Source: Botryllus schlosseri (taxonomy: Eukaryota). Taken from it: DNA of 64,000 nt. Where the stretch lies: positions 5,456,001-5,520,000 of the forward strand of contig CM119384.1 of assembly GCA_051294905.1 (NCBI GenBank). The letters are read 5' to 3'. Below, piece by piece: positions 24,349 to 38,748 of the stretch. The position numbers and the translations under genes were made by a program. How positions within the stretch are numbered: the first letter of the stretch is position 1; every line of letters begins with the position of its first letter. A model generated the notes under the pieces. That model ran no database searches. It was given only the letters and a program-made list of their open reading frames with translations, and had not been told where the DNA came from.

Positions 24349-26167
24349 TTTCCCAGTTTTTGCGAATTCAGTAAATCAAATTCGAATGTAATTCGGAAAG
24401 CCCGAACATTTTCTTGTGATCCAACTCTGCTTCACAGCGAACCAGCGTACTCTAAATTAGATGCTTCATAGTGAATCTTTACTGCGCAAGTACATAGATT
24501 GTTGACAATCCCGAGAATACAATGCCTCTGTTTCGTCATGACGGAAATAGCGCGCGCGTCGCGACGCTACACACTGGCACAATGCAGGCTCCGCGTCGCA
24601 ACTGCGTGTAACCGACCTTGTTTCCTTCCGCTCGTTCTGCGTTTGCTCGACTGCCACTGAAGTTTACGAGCCTTGCGTCAATATTTGAGCGAGGCCTGTT
24701 GTAGATCGACCGCAGCACCCTTTGGTCTTTGATGTGTGCTGTCTAGCTGGTCACGACCGTTCGCGGTTTGTTTTTGTGGGGATTGTCTTCTCCGAACCGC
24801 TGCCTTTTTAGTGTTGGTCTTCACGGGCGTTTCGGCGGTGTTTGTCGAAAGTTCTCGCCTCGCGGCAGTGGTTCAGCTTCACGGGGGCCCGACTGATGTG
24901 TAATTATCGCGTTTTCGACGTTGTTTGGCATCGCGCTGTAGAGTTAGGCGCGATCCCATGTGATATTCATGATGTAAAGCGATATTGATCGCGCCGTTCG
25001 CTTGCGACATGGAATACGGATAATCGTATCGATCTGATTTTCCGGACCGGAGCGTCGCGTAAACTTTTTAATGCAGATTATATTTAAGAAATTGAATTTT
25101 CTTGGAGTGTCTGTGGAACCGATGTACAATTCTTTCAATATGAATATACTATTCAATTGTATATTGAAGTCCTGTACCTTCAAGAAGCTCTTCAAATAAT
25201 TCTTTCAATGATATGCTTGTCCCCATGGAATTTCCACCGGAAAAGAGTTTAAATCTTTGCGGTTCACATGCTTGATGAGGTCGGGGGCGTTTACAACCAA
25301 ATCTGACCTTGTGTGTTGAGGTTTCTACCGTTGAGGTTTCTACCCTAAAGTAACCGGACACGAATCAAGGTTAGACTACTGCAAGAATCATATTTCGTCA
25401 ATGTCAAATTCTTGTAGTGCAAAGATAGTTCATGGCTACGCCGCGGATGTCTGTAGTTTGATCTCGATCTCGTTCGCAATTGTGCTGTAAGCCCTGCGCA
25501 ATGTCGTTACGGCAATACGGAGTTTCACGTCACAGGAACACATTTCCATTGCAGATTATGTCGTTATCAAACGATGCGAAAATCGTTGCCCGGCGGTTAT
25601 CTTTATTGCTTCCATGAATCATATTTTCGTTGCAGATACACTCTGTCTTCGATCATGCGCTTGAACTTTTTGCCTCTCGTAAAGACGGCGCTGGTCGCCT
25701 TACGAATTTTATGCGCGCTGTGCCGATTCTCTCCGCGTGATTTACATTAGGGACAGTGGAGCCGTGTTTTCACGTGGCATCTAAGCCTTCTCGTGATTAC
25801 TTGCACTGAACAAGTGCGTCGATTATGCAAGAATACGAGCCCCTGCATAATGCGGCAACACAATCCAAATAGGTTGTTTTGCTGGTGGTTTGGATTGGTT
25901 CTGAATTTACTTCGACGCAGACACTGCACGGCCTGCGTACATAGATCATGCAGACTTGGTCAACTACTTAATGCTAGCTTAATAATTACACTAATTAGAG
26001 CGAAATGTCGGTAATCTAATTATAATTCAATTTGTGAAATGTTTTCATGCTCCGATTTTAATCTCATTCTGATTTTCCCGAAGATGCTACACCAGTACTG
26101 TATAGTGCGAAGCGAGTCCAGCTCGGTGCACAAGCGCACAGACATTTGGCATTATCATGCTTATGAC

Positions 26168-27042
26168 TAGGGCGTTTTTTTTTGACATGTCAAAATTTGT
26201 CAAAATTTTGTCAAAATTGTAGCGTTAGGTCAAAATTTGTCAAAATTTTTCATGAAATTAAAAAAAATTTGACGTCTGCATTTTGTTTGTATCGTAGATT
26301 TAGCACTGTCGGTGAACTTATAATTTGATATTTTACCGCTTTTAGCCTTTTTTATAGGCCTGCCGTTGTAAACGGCTAATCGTCCGCTCATTGTGAATCA
26401 TAAACGGTAAAAAAACAAATAATAGGTAGACATGGTGTTATGGTCAACGAACCGCAATATCCTAACTGAAGAAAGACTTCTTGTGCATTGCATCATTCAA
26501 ATATTAAGAAGCGCATGATGAAAAATTGTGATGTAGACAACATTGTCAGAATGAAGCAACACGGTGTGTCACCAGCACCAGCAGTGTACGCACAACTTGA
26601 GTGTTGTCGGCCAACACCTGCTGCTGTTGAACGTCCTTGACAAGCTTCTTAGTAAGGACGTGCACTTTCTACCCAAGAATGTAGGAAAGCATCTCTCGTT
26701 GTACTACAAAATATTTTAATTATTTCTACCATAATACATATTGTAACCACTGGAATTCTTCATAGGGCCAGATTTCGTTAAAATATTGTTTTTTTCATGT
26801 AAAAACATGCCTGTTTCCAAGCCAAAAACGTTTTTTCAGGCCAAACTACTTCGTTAGGACAGTCAGTTCAAACCAGAAATGAAGATAAGTGGTGCAATTT
26901 TAACATTATGTGGGAAAACACCTAATTTGCATACGTTAGGTCAAAATTTGGTCTATATTCAGTTTTTTTATGTCAAAAAAGTCAAAATTTTGATTTTTTA
27001 GGTCAAAATTGTCTTTTTTCAGGTCAAAAAAAAAACGCCCTT
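26168..27042. mobile_element. Non-autonomous hAT element with GTCAAAA subterminal repeats
   Basis: TIR tagggcgtttttttttgac; TSD cttatgac/tttatgac (7/8). Confidence 0.88.
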
Positions 27043-29347
27043 TTTATGACAATGAACTCTGGTTTGATATGAAATGGACTTGATTTTTGTAGTGTTCATT
27101 TGCGAATTCCATAATTCTAATTTTAATTTGATCTGGAAAATCTGTGTAGCCATAATTGTAATCTAACTTGTAAAAGATGAACATTTTTTAGTTCAACTCT
27201 GTATGCGGTGGGTATGCCTGTCGCGGCATTCAATATTTTTGCGAGTGACGTCATAAAACCGCGATGTTTGTGGCTTATTATCGCCGATGACAAATTTCAT
27301 TATACGGTCGCGTAAGTTCAGCATCTCGTAATGATTCATGTTTGCTCCTTCGCGCGCGTACTGCACGCAGAACTTTGTCGCGCGAGAGGTTATCGCGGTT
27401 GACGTCCCGTTGCTTAGTCAAGCCCGAGACAAAAATCTAGTTGACAGGCCCCCGAAAAGCTATCGGTTTGCGATTCCCGGGTCGCATTTGTAACGTTCAT
27501 CGTGTCATTTCGCCTTGTATTTATTCGCGATACCGCGATCAAATCGACGGGCTGATTTATCACGCGAGGCGCATACTCAATACTTTGTGCGGGTGAGCAA
27601 TCGTGCATTCTGGATCGCACTGCTTCGAGAGCACAAAACGTGCGCAATGTGTCTGATAATTTATTGGCGAACATGGTTAGAAAAATACTTTCTGCGTAAA
27701 TATAGCCGGGGGCGGGCTGCTGATTTTGCCGTGGATGCGAGTATTAATTGATTCGAGTTGAATGCATTGTTAACGTGACAGTTTCTGACCACCAAAACCC
27801 ACCTGGCTACGTCCAGTTTCGTAGTGAGGACTCCGAGCTGACGATGGCTGCGAGAACATCACACGACAGAACACCAGTATTACTATTCACGTCAAACGAC
27901 GACACGTGTTTTCTAGTTGTATAACTAAATTATTTTGAAAATGCGCGACTACAACTAGAGCTACTCAAAAAACCGTCAATCAATGGATTGGTACTGGTGG
28001 TATAATTCTGGTTAACGATGTTGCAAATGAATTTCAGCGCGGGTTATTCATAGCATCTCGTGATCTTTAAATTACTTGTTATTGATTTGCGATGTCGTAG
28101 ACCTGAGAAACGGTTGTTGAGATATGGCTATGCTTCGGTCATTGCCTATTGCCCGGTACTTTTTTATATTTGAACAATGAATATAGTGACAATAGTGACG
28201 CGTAGTCGAAAACTTGCGTTCTCTGACTAAATAAGTAAGCCTTTAATCGCTGTACGTCACCGACGCATGATCGGATGTAACCGATTAGTCGGGTCACTCG
28301 CGTATGGTCGTGTATTATGCAGTGTTTCAAAACGCGATTGCGCGACAGGGCGGCCGTATTTGGTTGTGGCTAAGTATGTCCGCTAATGCTCAAATCACGA
28401 ACGCAGAACCCGTATCGGTGCGTCTGTGGTCTGTCAAACTTTCGAAATATCTCTGATTTCATTTTGTGATGCAATGTATCGGAATTGCTTCCACGTTTAT
28501 AATGTTGAGTGCTCTCAGCGGGATGACGATTTTGGCGAGTACTGTAGCGTAAACTTATTTCCGGCATATTCCATGGACACCCAACTGCGCCTTAGTTAAA
28601 TTCTCTTCATCATTTCGAAATGAATATAGTATTCGATTGTATGTTGAAGTTCTGTGCCACCATGAGACTCTTCAAATGATATATTTTACTGTAGCTGCCA
28701 CCATATAGAGCGTTGTCTTTGTGTTCATAAGTTGTTTAGAAGCATCTTGTAACTTGCCAGAACTGCCAGTACCCGTATAATTGCACGAGGGTTGCTCTCA
28801 AAATACGGGGTGCTATTAATCATCGTTTAGTCGTTTTTCAAGCGCCAGGCGTTTGCCGTCCTGGGTTTTCGTCTGCGGCTCCCTGATAAAATTACACATA
28901 ATTTTCGATGGTACTTTCCGAGCTAGCGTAAAAAAACTGTCGCCTCCAAAATCAGCTGGGACGGTATAGCACTAGAGTTGAAACCGTGTTGTGGTGATCT
29001 GATTTAAGCCATGCTTAAAGCCGGATTGTGCCTGCGGGCGTCATTACAAATGATAACCGAAAGTCGATATGACAGACAACGCGACGACGTGTAGTACAGG
29101 CATGACATTTAGCATAGCCTATGAGAGTGTGGTGAAGTTCATGTTTGCTAGCTGTTTACCGGTACCGTTTTGTGACGTAACCGATTGAAATCGAATGTGT
29201 CACGGCGTAGTTGACCCCGCTTTTCCTGGTTACCTAATTACGACGAAATGACGGGTTATCTAATTCTAGTTCGTGAAATGCATGTGCCCGAATTTTAATT
29301 TTAATTTTAATCAGATTTCTGGTGTTCCTGAAAATGTTAAGGTAGAA

Positions 29348-29377
29348 CGGGGCCTACGATACGCATCGTAGGCCCCG
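29348..29377. mobile_element. 30-bp TIR-only mini-element inside a family-2 repeat
   Basis: cggggcctacgat-acgc-atcgtaggccccg flanked by ggtagaa (29341-47, 29378-84); other family-2 copies lack the insert. Confidence 0.85.
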
Positions 29378-32300
29378 GGTAGAACTGTATAGTGCGAAAC
29401 GAGCCAAGATTGGTGTACTGGCATTTGCAATTCTTATGCTTATAAGAATAAACTCAGCTCTGATATAAACTGAACTTAGCTTTTGTTGCATTTTTTCTCC
29501 GAATTCAGTAATTCTAATTCTCACCTAATTTGGAAAATAATTGTGTAGCTATAATTCTAATTCTATTCTAATATGAATAAAACTGTAGCAACAATTCTAA
29601 TTCTATTGTAATTTGGGAAAGTGAAAATTTCACAACCATTCTATGTTCCGACAGTAGAAGGCGAATATCTTGCTGAAGAATACCATAAGAGTATGTGCAA
29701 ATTTACATTGAACGAGATTTTCATGTGATATTTCCTGGCGTATTGGTAGTAGTAATATTCACCAGGGATATCTAGTTCTGAATATTCATTAAACAAGCAT
29801 TGACCAATGTGATGATCATGATCATTGATGGTAGTGTGAACACAATTTGTGACTACACTTTACTGGTCATAATTTGCTGTACCGTAATAATAGCGTCAGC
29901 TGCATATCCTTGGTTTGAAAACGGCCCCAAGTCCTTTTCTTAATTGACGTCGTAGTTTTAACTGCAATCACGTTCATCCTTCCAAATTCGCGGCAATAAC
30001 GCCTTTCTATTTAGGCCGCATTACTCATTGCCATCCTGTTTTGAAGGGGCGTTACAAAGGCGGTGCGCGTGTTTTTTTTTCACATCGGAAGTGCCACTGC
30101 ATTGCGGTCGAAACTGTGACTGTCGTTTTTTGTCTGTATCTCTCTTTGTCGAGTCGCGTATATGATTTGGAAGTTCAGCAGAGTGTGCGACATCCGACCC
30201 TGAAAGGTCTTGAAACCGTAAATCAATATCACGTTAACTCCTTTTGACCCTTGTGGGTGTCGCGTCGCAGACAATTGTTATCGTGTTGCCGATAATGGTC
30301 TACGTCAGCTATATACGCTGCATGTAAATTTAGCGGCTTGTTCTAATTGAGGATCGGGCGATGTAACGAGCTGATAACTCCCATGACTCCGATTCTTTCG
30401 TCATGATGCCTCTGCGGTCGGTTAGCGGAGCCTGGTAAAATCACCGGAATATCACTCGCGCTATCTACCGTACGAATGTGGCCTTGTGGGGGTGATCTTT
30501 TTTATTTGTTGCGTTAAAAGACGGTCTTTATTTGTGCGGTGCCGCGATGCGTATTTCCACGCAACTGAAGTCGGGTATGTTCAGAGATGGTCTGTGAATT
30601 AATTAGTTGCTGACGATTACCACGGATTAGTGTCAGCCGAAAATATTCGGGTTTATTTCAATATGATTATACTATACTATTCATTTGTATATAGAAGCTC
30701 TGTACCTCCAGGGAGCTCTTCATATCACTATACTTCTACTTGAAACCATGTAAAAATTTTTGGCGTTGCCACATTTTCTCAGCGTCGAGTGTCTTCCGCC
30801 CAATCATCACCCATTGTGTTGGCCTCATTGCGACATGTCTCGCGACCTTTGTTAACGACTCGTTTCGTCAGAGCCGGCCGTCACCGCTCGCTATACGACA
30901 CGTTGCGCGAGGCGTGCGGCGCGTTTCCTACCGCTGGTGTGTGTATTCAGCTTCGCTTAGCCCGGTTACAATAACAACCAATCGCTCTGGCCGCGGGAGA
31001 TCGACGAAACAAAAATAAACATCTCCAACTCGACCCATTACCATAGGTTTCTGTTTTGCCACCCGTCGGCAGTGTTCCGGTCTCGAGTGTGAAATTTTTT
31101 GCCCTGTCTATATTGCGTTTCACGTTACGCCTGATCGCAGAGTCCGTAAGACAAGCAACATTTGACTAAATTCACGGTCGGCTATTCACGCGGTTTCCTA
31201 AACGTTGGTGGCTAGCCATGAAATACAGGGTCCTATTCGAAACTGATCCGCACACTTGTACAAAATACCAACCCAGTTAGTTCACGGTCAACTAAATGCA
31301 GTTTTGATTTCCAGTTCTAGTTGGGCATTTTGAAACGTAAGTAGTTCTAGTTCTAGTTCGAATTGAATGATATGTTCGTATTGAAATATACCCGAATATT
31401 TTCGGCTAACACTTCGTCAGCGGTAATCTTCCGGAACTAGTAGAGAATTGGAAAGAACAATGCATATCGACAATCGTGCCACCAAATTCTAGTGCATTTA
31501 AAAGTTTGGCGCGAATCGTGATACCGGTGTTCTGTTATGTGATGTACTTGCTAGCTCAGAATCATCACTAACAGTGAGGTCGGGGGGTGGGCTTTGAGAG
31601 CCAAAAGTCCTCCCATTTCAGCCGATCCGATTCCGATAGAATAAAAATTAATGCGTTGCTTCTGAATTGAAGTTGTGTTTTGGTTGTTAGTTGCGGATTT
31701 CTTAAGGTCGTTACTTCTAGTTCTGGTTCTCGTTGCTAGTTCGTTCGTAGCACCGAGTACGATTAAGGCTAAATCGAGTAGCCTACCTCAATAATACGAT
31801 TCTGTATCGATTAATAGTCGTCGTGCCGAGTTCTCTATTATCACTCGTTATGTTGTCATGAGAGAATGAATGAAGGGGAAAGTTTATTCAAATGTGTCGC
31901 AAAGAAAATGATGCCAGTTTGACGTCACATTGAATTTAATTCGGTAATTTTTCGTCCGAAGCTGTTTCCTCGCACGTTCTGAAAATGCAGCTGTCAGTCG
32001 ATGTGACAGCCCTGGCCCTAGCATTGGGCACCGGTATTCAATAAAATTAGTTACGTAACAAAACCTCGAACCCAGATTTTCGAGCGCCTCTCGCTGTATT
32101 CTGCTTGGCAACGTCTGTTTACGACGTGGCTTACGGCCCGTCGCATTGGCTTCTCGTTAATGTTAACATGGATGTTTTATGGTTTGGCGAATGCTGTTTC
32201 ATAAGAATGTGTCGGCAATCGGTATTTTTCGTTTTTGTGTCTCTTAATTGCTTTGCAGCATGACCTACTATCGATTTGTGAGTTCACTGGAAGCGTTATC

Positions 32301-33031
32301 GTTGCTTCATTTATTAATCCATCACGTATCGTATCGTGCCGTTGTCAGTAGAACATACATTGTGGGCGGATTTTGTTGCTGTACTTACAAGATGTAGTTC
32401 ACCTGTTCTGATTAAAGCTATTATTGCATCACATACCGCAACGAGGTCATTGTCTCGCATAAATTTGTCTAAGCTAAGGGAATGCAGCCGGCCATAAGCG
32501 ATGATGGTGCGGATGTAACCCCACTGCGTGTAAATTGTATTTGCCCTTCTCGGTTCATAGTCCAGTCCCGACACGTCAATGGCATACGCGGTATTGTTTG
32601 TAGTCTTTGTTTACTTGTTACGTTCTGGTACTGTTGTGTGTAGATACGGCTAGACATCGCGTGCGATTGCGTAAGTTTCTTCCGCATACCTTTTGTTGGG
32701 TAACATTCGTCTTCCATGTCGTTGCACAAACTGTTTTGAACAGCTTCTTTGAGGTACAGAACTTCAATATACAATTGAATAGTATATTCATATTAAACTG
32801 AACCCGAATATTTTCGGCTGACACTCGTCAGGGGTAATCGTCAGCAACTAGTAGAGAATTCGAAAGAACAGCGTATTGTGTGTAGCCATTTTGTATATGT
32901 CCGCGAATCAGCGAGATGCGAATTCGTTTGGTTGAGAAAGTGACTTTTCTGTTTAGAATTCGTGCATTTCGATTTGCGCATGCACCCTGTAACTCGGTAA
33001 AACACTTACTCTTCACTCCGATTGTTTAAAT

Positions 33032-34532
33032 CAGTGGTTCTTAACCTTGCCCCCAGCGCCCCCCAGGGGGCGCTGGCGATCTTGAAGGGGGGCGGAAACG
33101 CTCAGGGGGCGATATGGGGGGCGCTGGGCTCAGGGGGGCGGTATGGGGGGCGCTGGAGAAAAATGGCTTCGCAGTAGATGATGTGGTGATAGGACATATC
33201 CTTAATGAGTATTCAGAGCAAATTAACACCGAAAACTTCGTTACATATAGCCTTCAAAATGCATATAGGTTTAATTGTCCATGGGCGCATAAATGACTGA
33301 CACCGAATGTTCCTGTCGTGGCAGTCTGAACCCCAGAAGACGAATTCCATCTGGCAGGGAAAAATTATACGTCAGTGAAGAAATACCAATCTGAAATCGT
33401 GTGCGTCTTTTAGTTTAGTACGGTTGGGCGACAGGGATATTCCTGTTGGGCGATATCCCCGTTGAGCGATTCCATATTTTTTGATATTGCAGACAGGGGG
33501 TCACGAAACAACATCATGCAACGAAGTCATACCAACGGGTTCGCCCGCCCGAATATGTTTAATTATTGGTAACGGGCCCTACAGTTTCCAAGAAACCTCA
33601 CAATGTTCGCTTTAAGTTTTGATGAGTCTGCGCACACTCAACAACTCACTGCGCTGACCCTTGGACAACAGTGCGTATCGACTAAAAAAAGGTAATAACT
33701 TCGGATTTGTTATGGGCAACGTAGATTTTCTGTGCGCAGAGACCGTGTAGGCACAGCGCACGTGCGCAGCTTAGAGGGAACATTGCACCTCACTCAGCTC
33801 TACCGGTAAATGTGTTTACGTGAGCAGAGAGAGGATAAAAATTGATCTCAATTTACATGCAATTCCCGATGATATTGACCAATTCAATCATTAATTAGTG
33901 AAATTTTTCGCGCTTCGCGCGACTAGGCTAAAATAGCTACATCAGTAAATGGACACCCAATGTTGATACCTAACAGGCTTTCAGCAAATAGAAGACAGTC
34001 TAATGGGGATCTGGGAGTGAAGTCCCCCGGAAGCTTGGTTTATCACCCGATGGGGGCCCAGGACCAACGTTGTTTTTTTTTGGGGGGGGGCTGACCAAGT
34101 GCTGTTACGGCCCTGGTAACGAATAATTGTACCTGCGGGCACGCCCGAATATGTTTAATTATTAATTATATGTCCTTTATCTTCCTATACAACAGCTCAC
34201 TCAGTTTATCGCGACTTATATATGTAATTACCACCTATTCATTCATGCATTATAGAAAATTTTGGTACCTAGGGCGACCAGGCCACACAAACTTTGCTGG
34301 CCATCGAAATCACGATAGGGGGTTCGTGGGGGCGAAGCCCTCAGAAGTTCGGTTTATCACGCTATGGGTGCGCAAGGCAATCGTTTTTAGGGGGTTGACG
34401 AAGTGCTGTTACGTCCCTCCCTCTTACTCACTGTCTTTATTACATTCCTTACATTATGAAGTTGGAGGGGGGCGCTGGAGCACGATAATTTTTGAAAGGG
34501 GGCGCTGGAGGAAAAAAGGTTAAGAACCACTG
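33032..34532. mobile_element. Non-autonomous hAT element (1501 bp) with nested fragments
   Basis: Perfect 17-bp TIR cagtggttcttaacctt; perfect 8-bp TSD gtttaaat; probable nested element at 33601-33785 (caatgttc...ttagagggaacattg). Confidence 0.93.
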
Positions 34533-37500
34533 GTTTAAATCATAGACTCGCGTACTAGGGAATGGTAACTTTTGATGATTTCGGTTTTGCCTTACGGAAA
34601 ATCCGTTTAGAGCTGGCGTAATTGCGAATCTGAGTTCGTGCCCTTAGTTTGGAGCCAAATTGAACAGCAGTTATCCCCCATTTTTCGTTTGTTCGTACGA
34701 ATAACTGAGATTATCACGGACATTTCCACATATCAATAAACAGCGCGGAACTGTACACTGAACACTGAACAGCGAAGCGTTTTCGCGCAATATCTGATTC
34801 GTATCTGTAAACTGCAGAGGTGAAATACGAGTTTTATCAATCTCGTAGTGTGTTTTGGGTCAAATAAACATTTCTGTAATCTTCCGTGCTAATAAACGAT
34901 CGTGAACTCGGGCGTAGAGATAGTCTGTCTTGTTTGATTGCACGCGCGCCGTTTCGTCGGGAAGTATATTACTGGACCAGCCTCGCGAGTCGCGAACCAT
35001 AAACTTCCCGAGATTATGGACTTATGGTTGCGTAGGATAAGCAATATACGATTGGAATGAAGTGATACTGCTGTGAGTATAAACTGTGATACGTTATAAG
35101 ATGATCGGTTACGTTGATGCTATCTTCTGTAGCACTTGTAAGATTCAGTCTTATAAAATGTAGACTGTACCTTGGAGCGCCTACGTACCAAATTATAAGT
35201 TGAAGTCTTCTTTTGTTGCGATAATGTACGAACACGCATCGAATAGTACTTAGCAATTGTCGTGCGTTGCACAAATTGTGCTTTGTACTGTACAGTGTAC
35301 AGTGCACGTACAGTAGCACATCTCCCACTTGTAAGCTTACGTCTAGACCCGATGAATGGGCGAACCGTATTTTTTTCCAGTTTGACGGAAAGGCATTTCT
35401 AAAAACCTGCATACACTTGTGCGACTGAAGCACTCCGGATAATATTACCTGAAATTAGTCGAAAGCGGATACCTTCATTGCCGTTCGGGTCGTCGTAATC
35501 CCAGACAACTAGTCTGCGCATACGCGCTGGACACTCGACGCCGTATCACGCAGATGTAATTAACTTTTCGCGAGTGCGCTGTAATTTTGGAATATTATGA
35601 TACTCGCGGTTTAGCTATTTTGAAATGGACAGTTGACACCCGTCGCTTTCAACTGCTGGAATTTCGCTGCGTCCTTGTTAAAGCTGGAAGTTATGCCGCT
35701 CTAAGCTGTCTTTCATGGACAGTTTTCTTCGGTAATGAAGCGTAGCGTAGGCCTACCCATTGATCATTAATCATGTTTCGAGAGAAACAAATTGTAAATT
35801 GAAACCTTGCGTGCCTCTGTGAGGATATTCTCCCTAGTCCGGTTTCGCGCCGTCCTTGATCGGATGGTTATTCCTAACATTGTTTTATCGACCAAAAGCC
35901 GTATCCAAGATGATATTGATGAGTCCGGCCATGTAATGAAGGCAAAGATCATTTATAGAGAAATATACGGACCGGGTTGATCGATACCCTGTCTAGTAAT
36001 TCGTCGATGTAAAAAGGCCCCATCTCCAAGGTAGAGAACTTCAATAGGATATTCATATTGATGTAAACCCGAGCATTTTCGACTGACACTCGTCATGGGT
36101 AATCGTCTGCAACTAGTAGAGAATGAAAAATAGGAGTGTATATCAACTAGCGTATCACCGATTGCGATTTCGTCCGGGGTAAGAAACTGGACGCGTCGTC
36201 GGACTTGACTTGTGGCTTCTATGCCCGCGTTGGGTTCTTTCAATTTATTCTGTAGTCCGTGTCTCCTGTACGTTTCCGCGCTTGTAATAATACAAATTAT
36301 AACAACAACCGTAAACCGCACTTGTTGATATAATACGACACGTCCAGTATGATTGATTATGTTTTTATTGGCACCCGGCCGAGCGCGGCGCTCAACGGCA
36401 GAGGTATCGTAGTAAATATGGCGGTGTTCGTAAAGAATTTCGGCTTTCACCGGATTTGCCGTTGATATTACGCAGAGTACAGGCAGAGCCCATCGTCCAG
36501 ACGTGAGTCGATCCTTCAAAACGGATTTTGTGGATTCAAGTACGCTCAATCCCCTGTACGGACCTGTCGCCAACGTTGTTTTTTAATAAAATTGGCTTGC
36601 GCGCGGTTACCGAAACGTTGATGACCCTTACAGGCGCTTCAGTCTGTTTTTCGATGCGCGATTAGCAAGCCTTGCGACGCGATTGTCAAAAACAACGTCG
36701 CCAACGGGTTAACATATCTGTCTTCGACATGTCAACACCGGCAACATGTCGCTAAGCTCTACTCGACCCTATTGAAAACAAAATGGATTAACCCTCTCGG
36801 CAATGAGATTTCGTCAACCCGGCGTCGCGTCTGTCAGAGCACTCGACATCGCGATGAGTATTTGACAACGTGCGCTTCGGCTTTTGCTGGTGCTTTATGC
36901 CACGGCTGGATAAAAATATCCGTGTAAAAGTTGATGCTTAGGAGAGGATAAGAAGTCTGATTTTTTACACTTGGCCTGGTCATACTCGAGATGTGAAAAC
37001 GGTGCAGTCGAAATACATACGCCGCCGTAAAGGAACTTCATATCAAACCGAAGTTCGTTCTGATAGGTCATAATAAGTATGAAGGGAAACGTCTGCACTC
37101 CAACCTTGGCTCGCTTCGCACCATACAGTTCTGTAGCATTTGCAGGTATACTAGAAATTAGATATGAAAATTAGATGTTATAAACATTTCACAAATGGAT
37201 TAGAATTCAATGTATGGTAATTTGGGCATAGTTAAACTTGTAGGATTATGGTAAAGGAACCAGATAGTAAGTTTTGACCATATTTTACCGACACAGAAGC
37301 ACAAAATGACCAAGACGCAGCTTTCATTCTAGCCTGTGACTGAGCCATTGAATTTTTGCGCTGTCTTACAATTCCCGATACTGGAAGATACTCTCATCGA
37401 ATCGAATAAGATATTTTTCTTATTGAAATAACCCGAATATTTTCGGCTGACCTCGTAAGCAACTAGCAAGAAATTAAAAGAACAGTGTATTATCATTATC

Positions 37501-38748
37501 AACAATCCGCGATACTTGCAAAGGGTAGCCTATATACCTGCGTTGTTTTCTGGAATCGCGCACTTACGCGGCGTTGAATCATGTTTGCGTAGCGAGATAG
37601 CCGGTTGCCGGATCGGCCCGTAACCATGCGAGTCGCATTCTGTCTGACCGGCCGGTCACGTGACTCGAAGAGTTGTTATTCGAGCGCCGGCGTTGAGTCA
37701 TCGCTGTAGAGTGGAAAATTTCTGCTCCGGTCAGTATCAAGGGAATCGCGCCGATGCGATCTCGTAACCGACGCGTTGCGCGATACAGACTATCACACAT
37801 CAAAATCACTATATGCAGTGAATTTGAATGAATGTAATTAGCACCTTGAGTGCTTGCTCAATGCTCAAGGCTCACCCTCGATGTAACATTACAATTCTGT
37901 CTTTTTAAACAAGTGCACATATTTCAAGATGCTATAATGCGATCCGCTGACACGCCCCCAAGTTTGGAATCACTGAGTATGCAGAATTTCTGTCGATAAA
38001 CCTATTCCTTAGTAATCCCGTTATCACCACCAGTGCTAGTTGTTTTATCGAGTGTCCTGGCATTGTATAACAGCGCAATTCACGCTGATATTGTGTGAAA
38101 CATTACCGTAATTTTCGAATTTGTCAATACAGTATTGATGTATTGCTTTCATAATAAAAATGCAGTTGAATAGTGTGTTCATATTGGAAAAAAAATCGAA
38201 ATATTCGGTTGACGCTCGTCAGGGGTACGATTGTTGATAAATGTTCTTTCCAATTCTCTACTTGTTGTAGACGATTACTACCGAAGAGTGTCAGTCGAGA
38301 ATATTCGGGTTTATTTCAATACAAATACCATCAAGAGTGTCTTCAGATGATAAAAATAATTATTACATTCCTAATGCCAAATTCTACAAGTTCAGAATTC
38401 ACTGGTAACCACGGCCTTAATAGAATGTGCACGGGTCTGACTAATTCCGGCAACGGGTTAATGGGTTGTGTCCAATAGTCTGAAAATATTCTGAATCAAT
38501 TATGACGAGTAGACATACGCAGCTCGTAAGACGCATGGCGCAATGCGCCGCGGCCTGTGCAAACACAATGTGTTTCAATTCCTACTTTATTAAGAATAGG
38601 TTTCTGTTTTTAATCTTGTTGTAACTGTCATGTGACAAGTAATCGTAAATGTTGCAGGTCTTAAGCCGGCGCTCAACTTCTTTTCGCTACTGTGCGCGAC
38701 TCCGTGTTTTTTTTTCGCGAACTCCTAACCGGGTCTGTTTTGTTTCAG

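Noticed and set aside
25315-25344. Perfect 15-bp tandem duplication gttgaggtttctacc
   Set aside because: Isolated slippage-type duplication with no further structure.
32815-32852. Hairpin followed by CTAG|T in family 1 as a Helitron 3' end
   Set aside because: Conservation continues 30-40 bp beyond the CTAG in most copies, so this is not the element end; no conserved 5' TC terminus was seen.
35953-36573. 206-aa ORF (also 7798-8268, 13759-14187, 20153-20563, 35014-35433, 53798-54313)
   Set aside because: No recognisable motif; several run through repeat copies or low-stop sequence; no consistent splice context.
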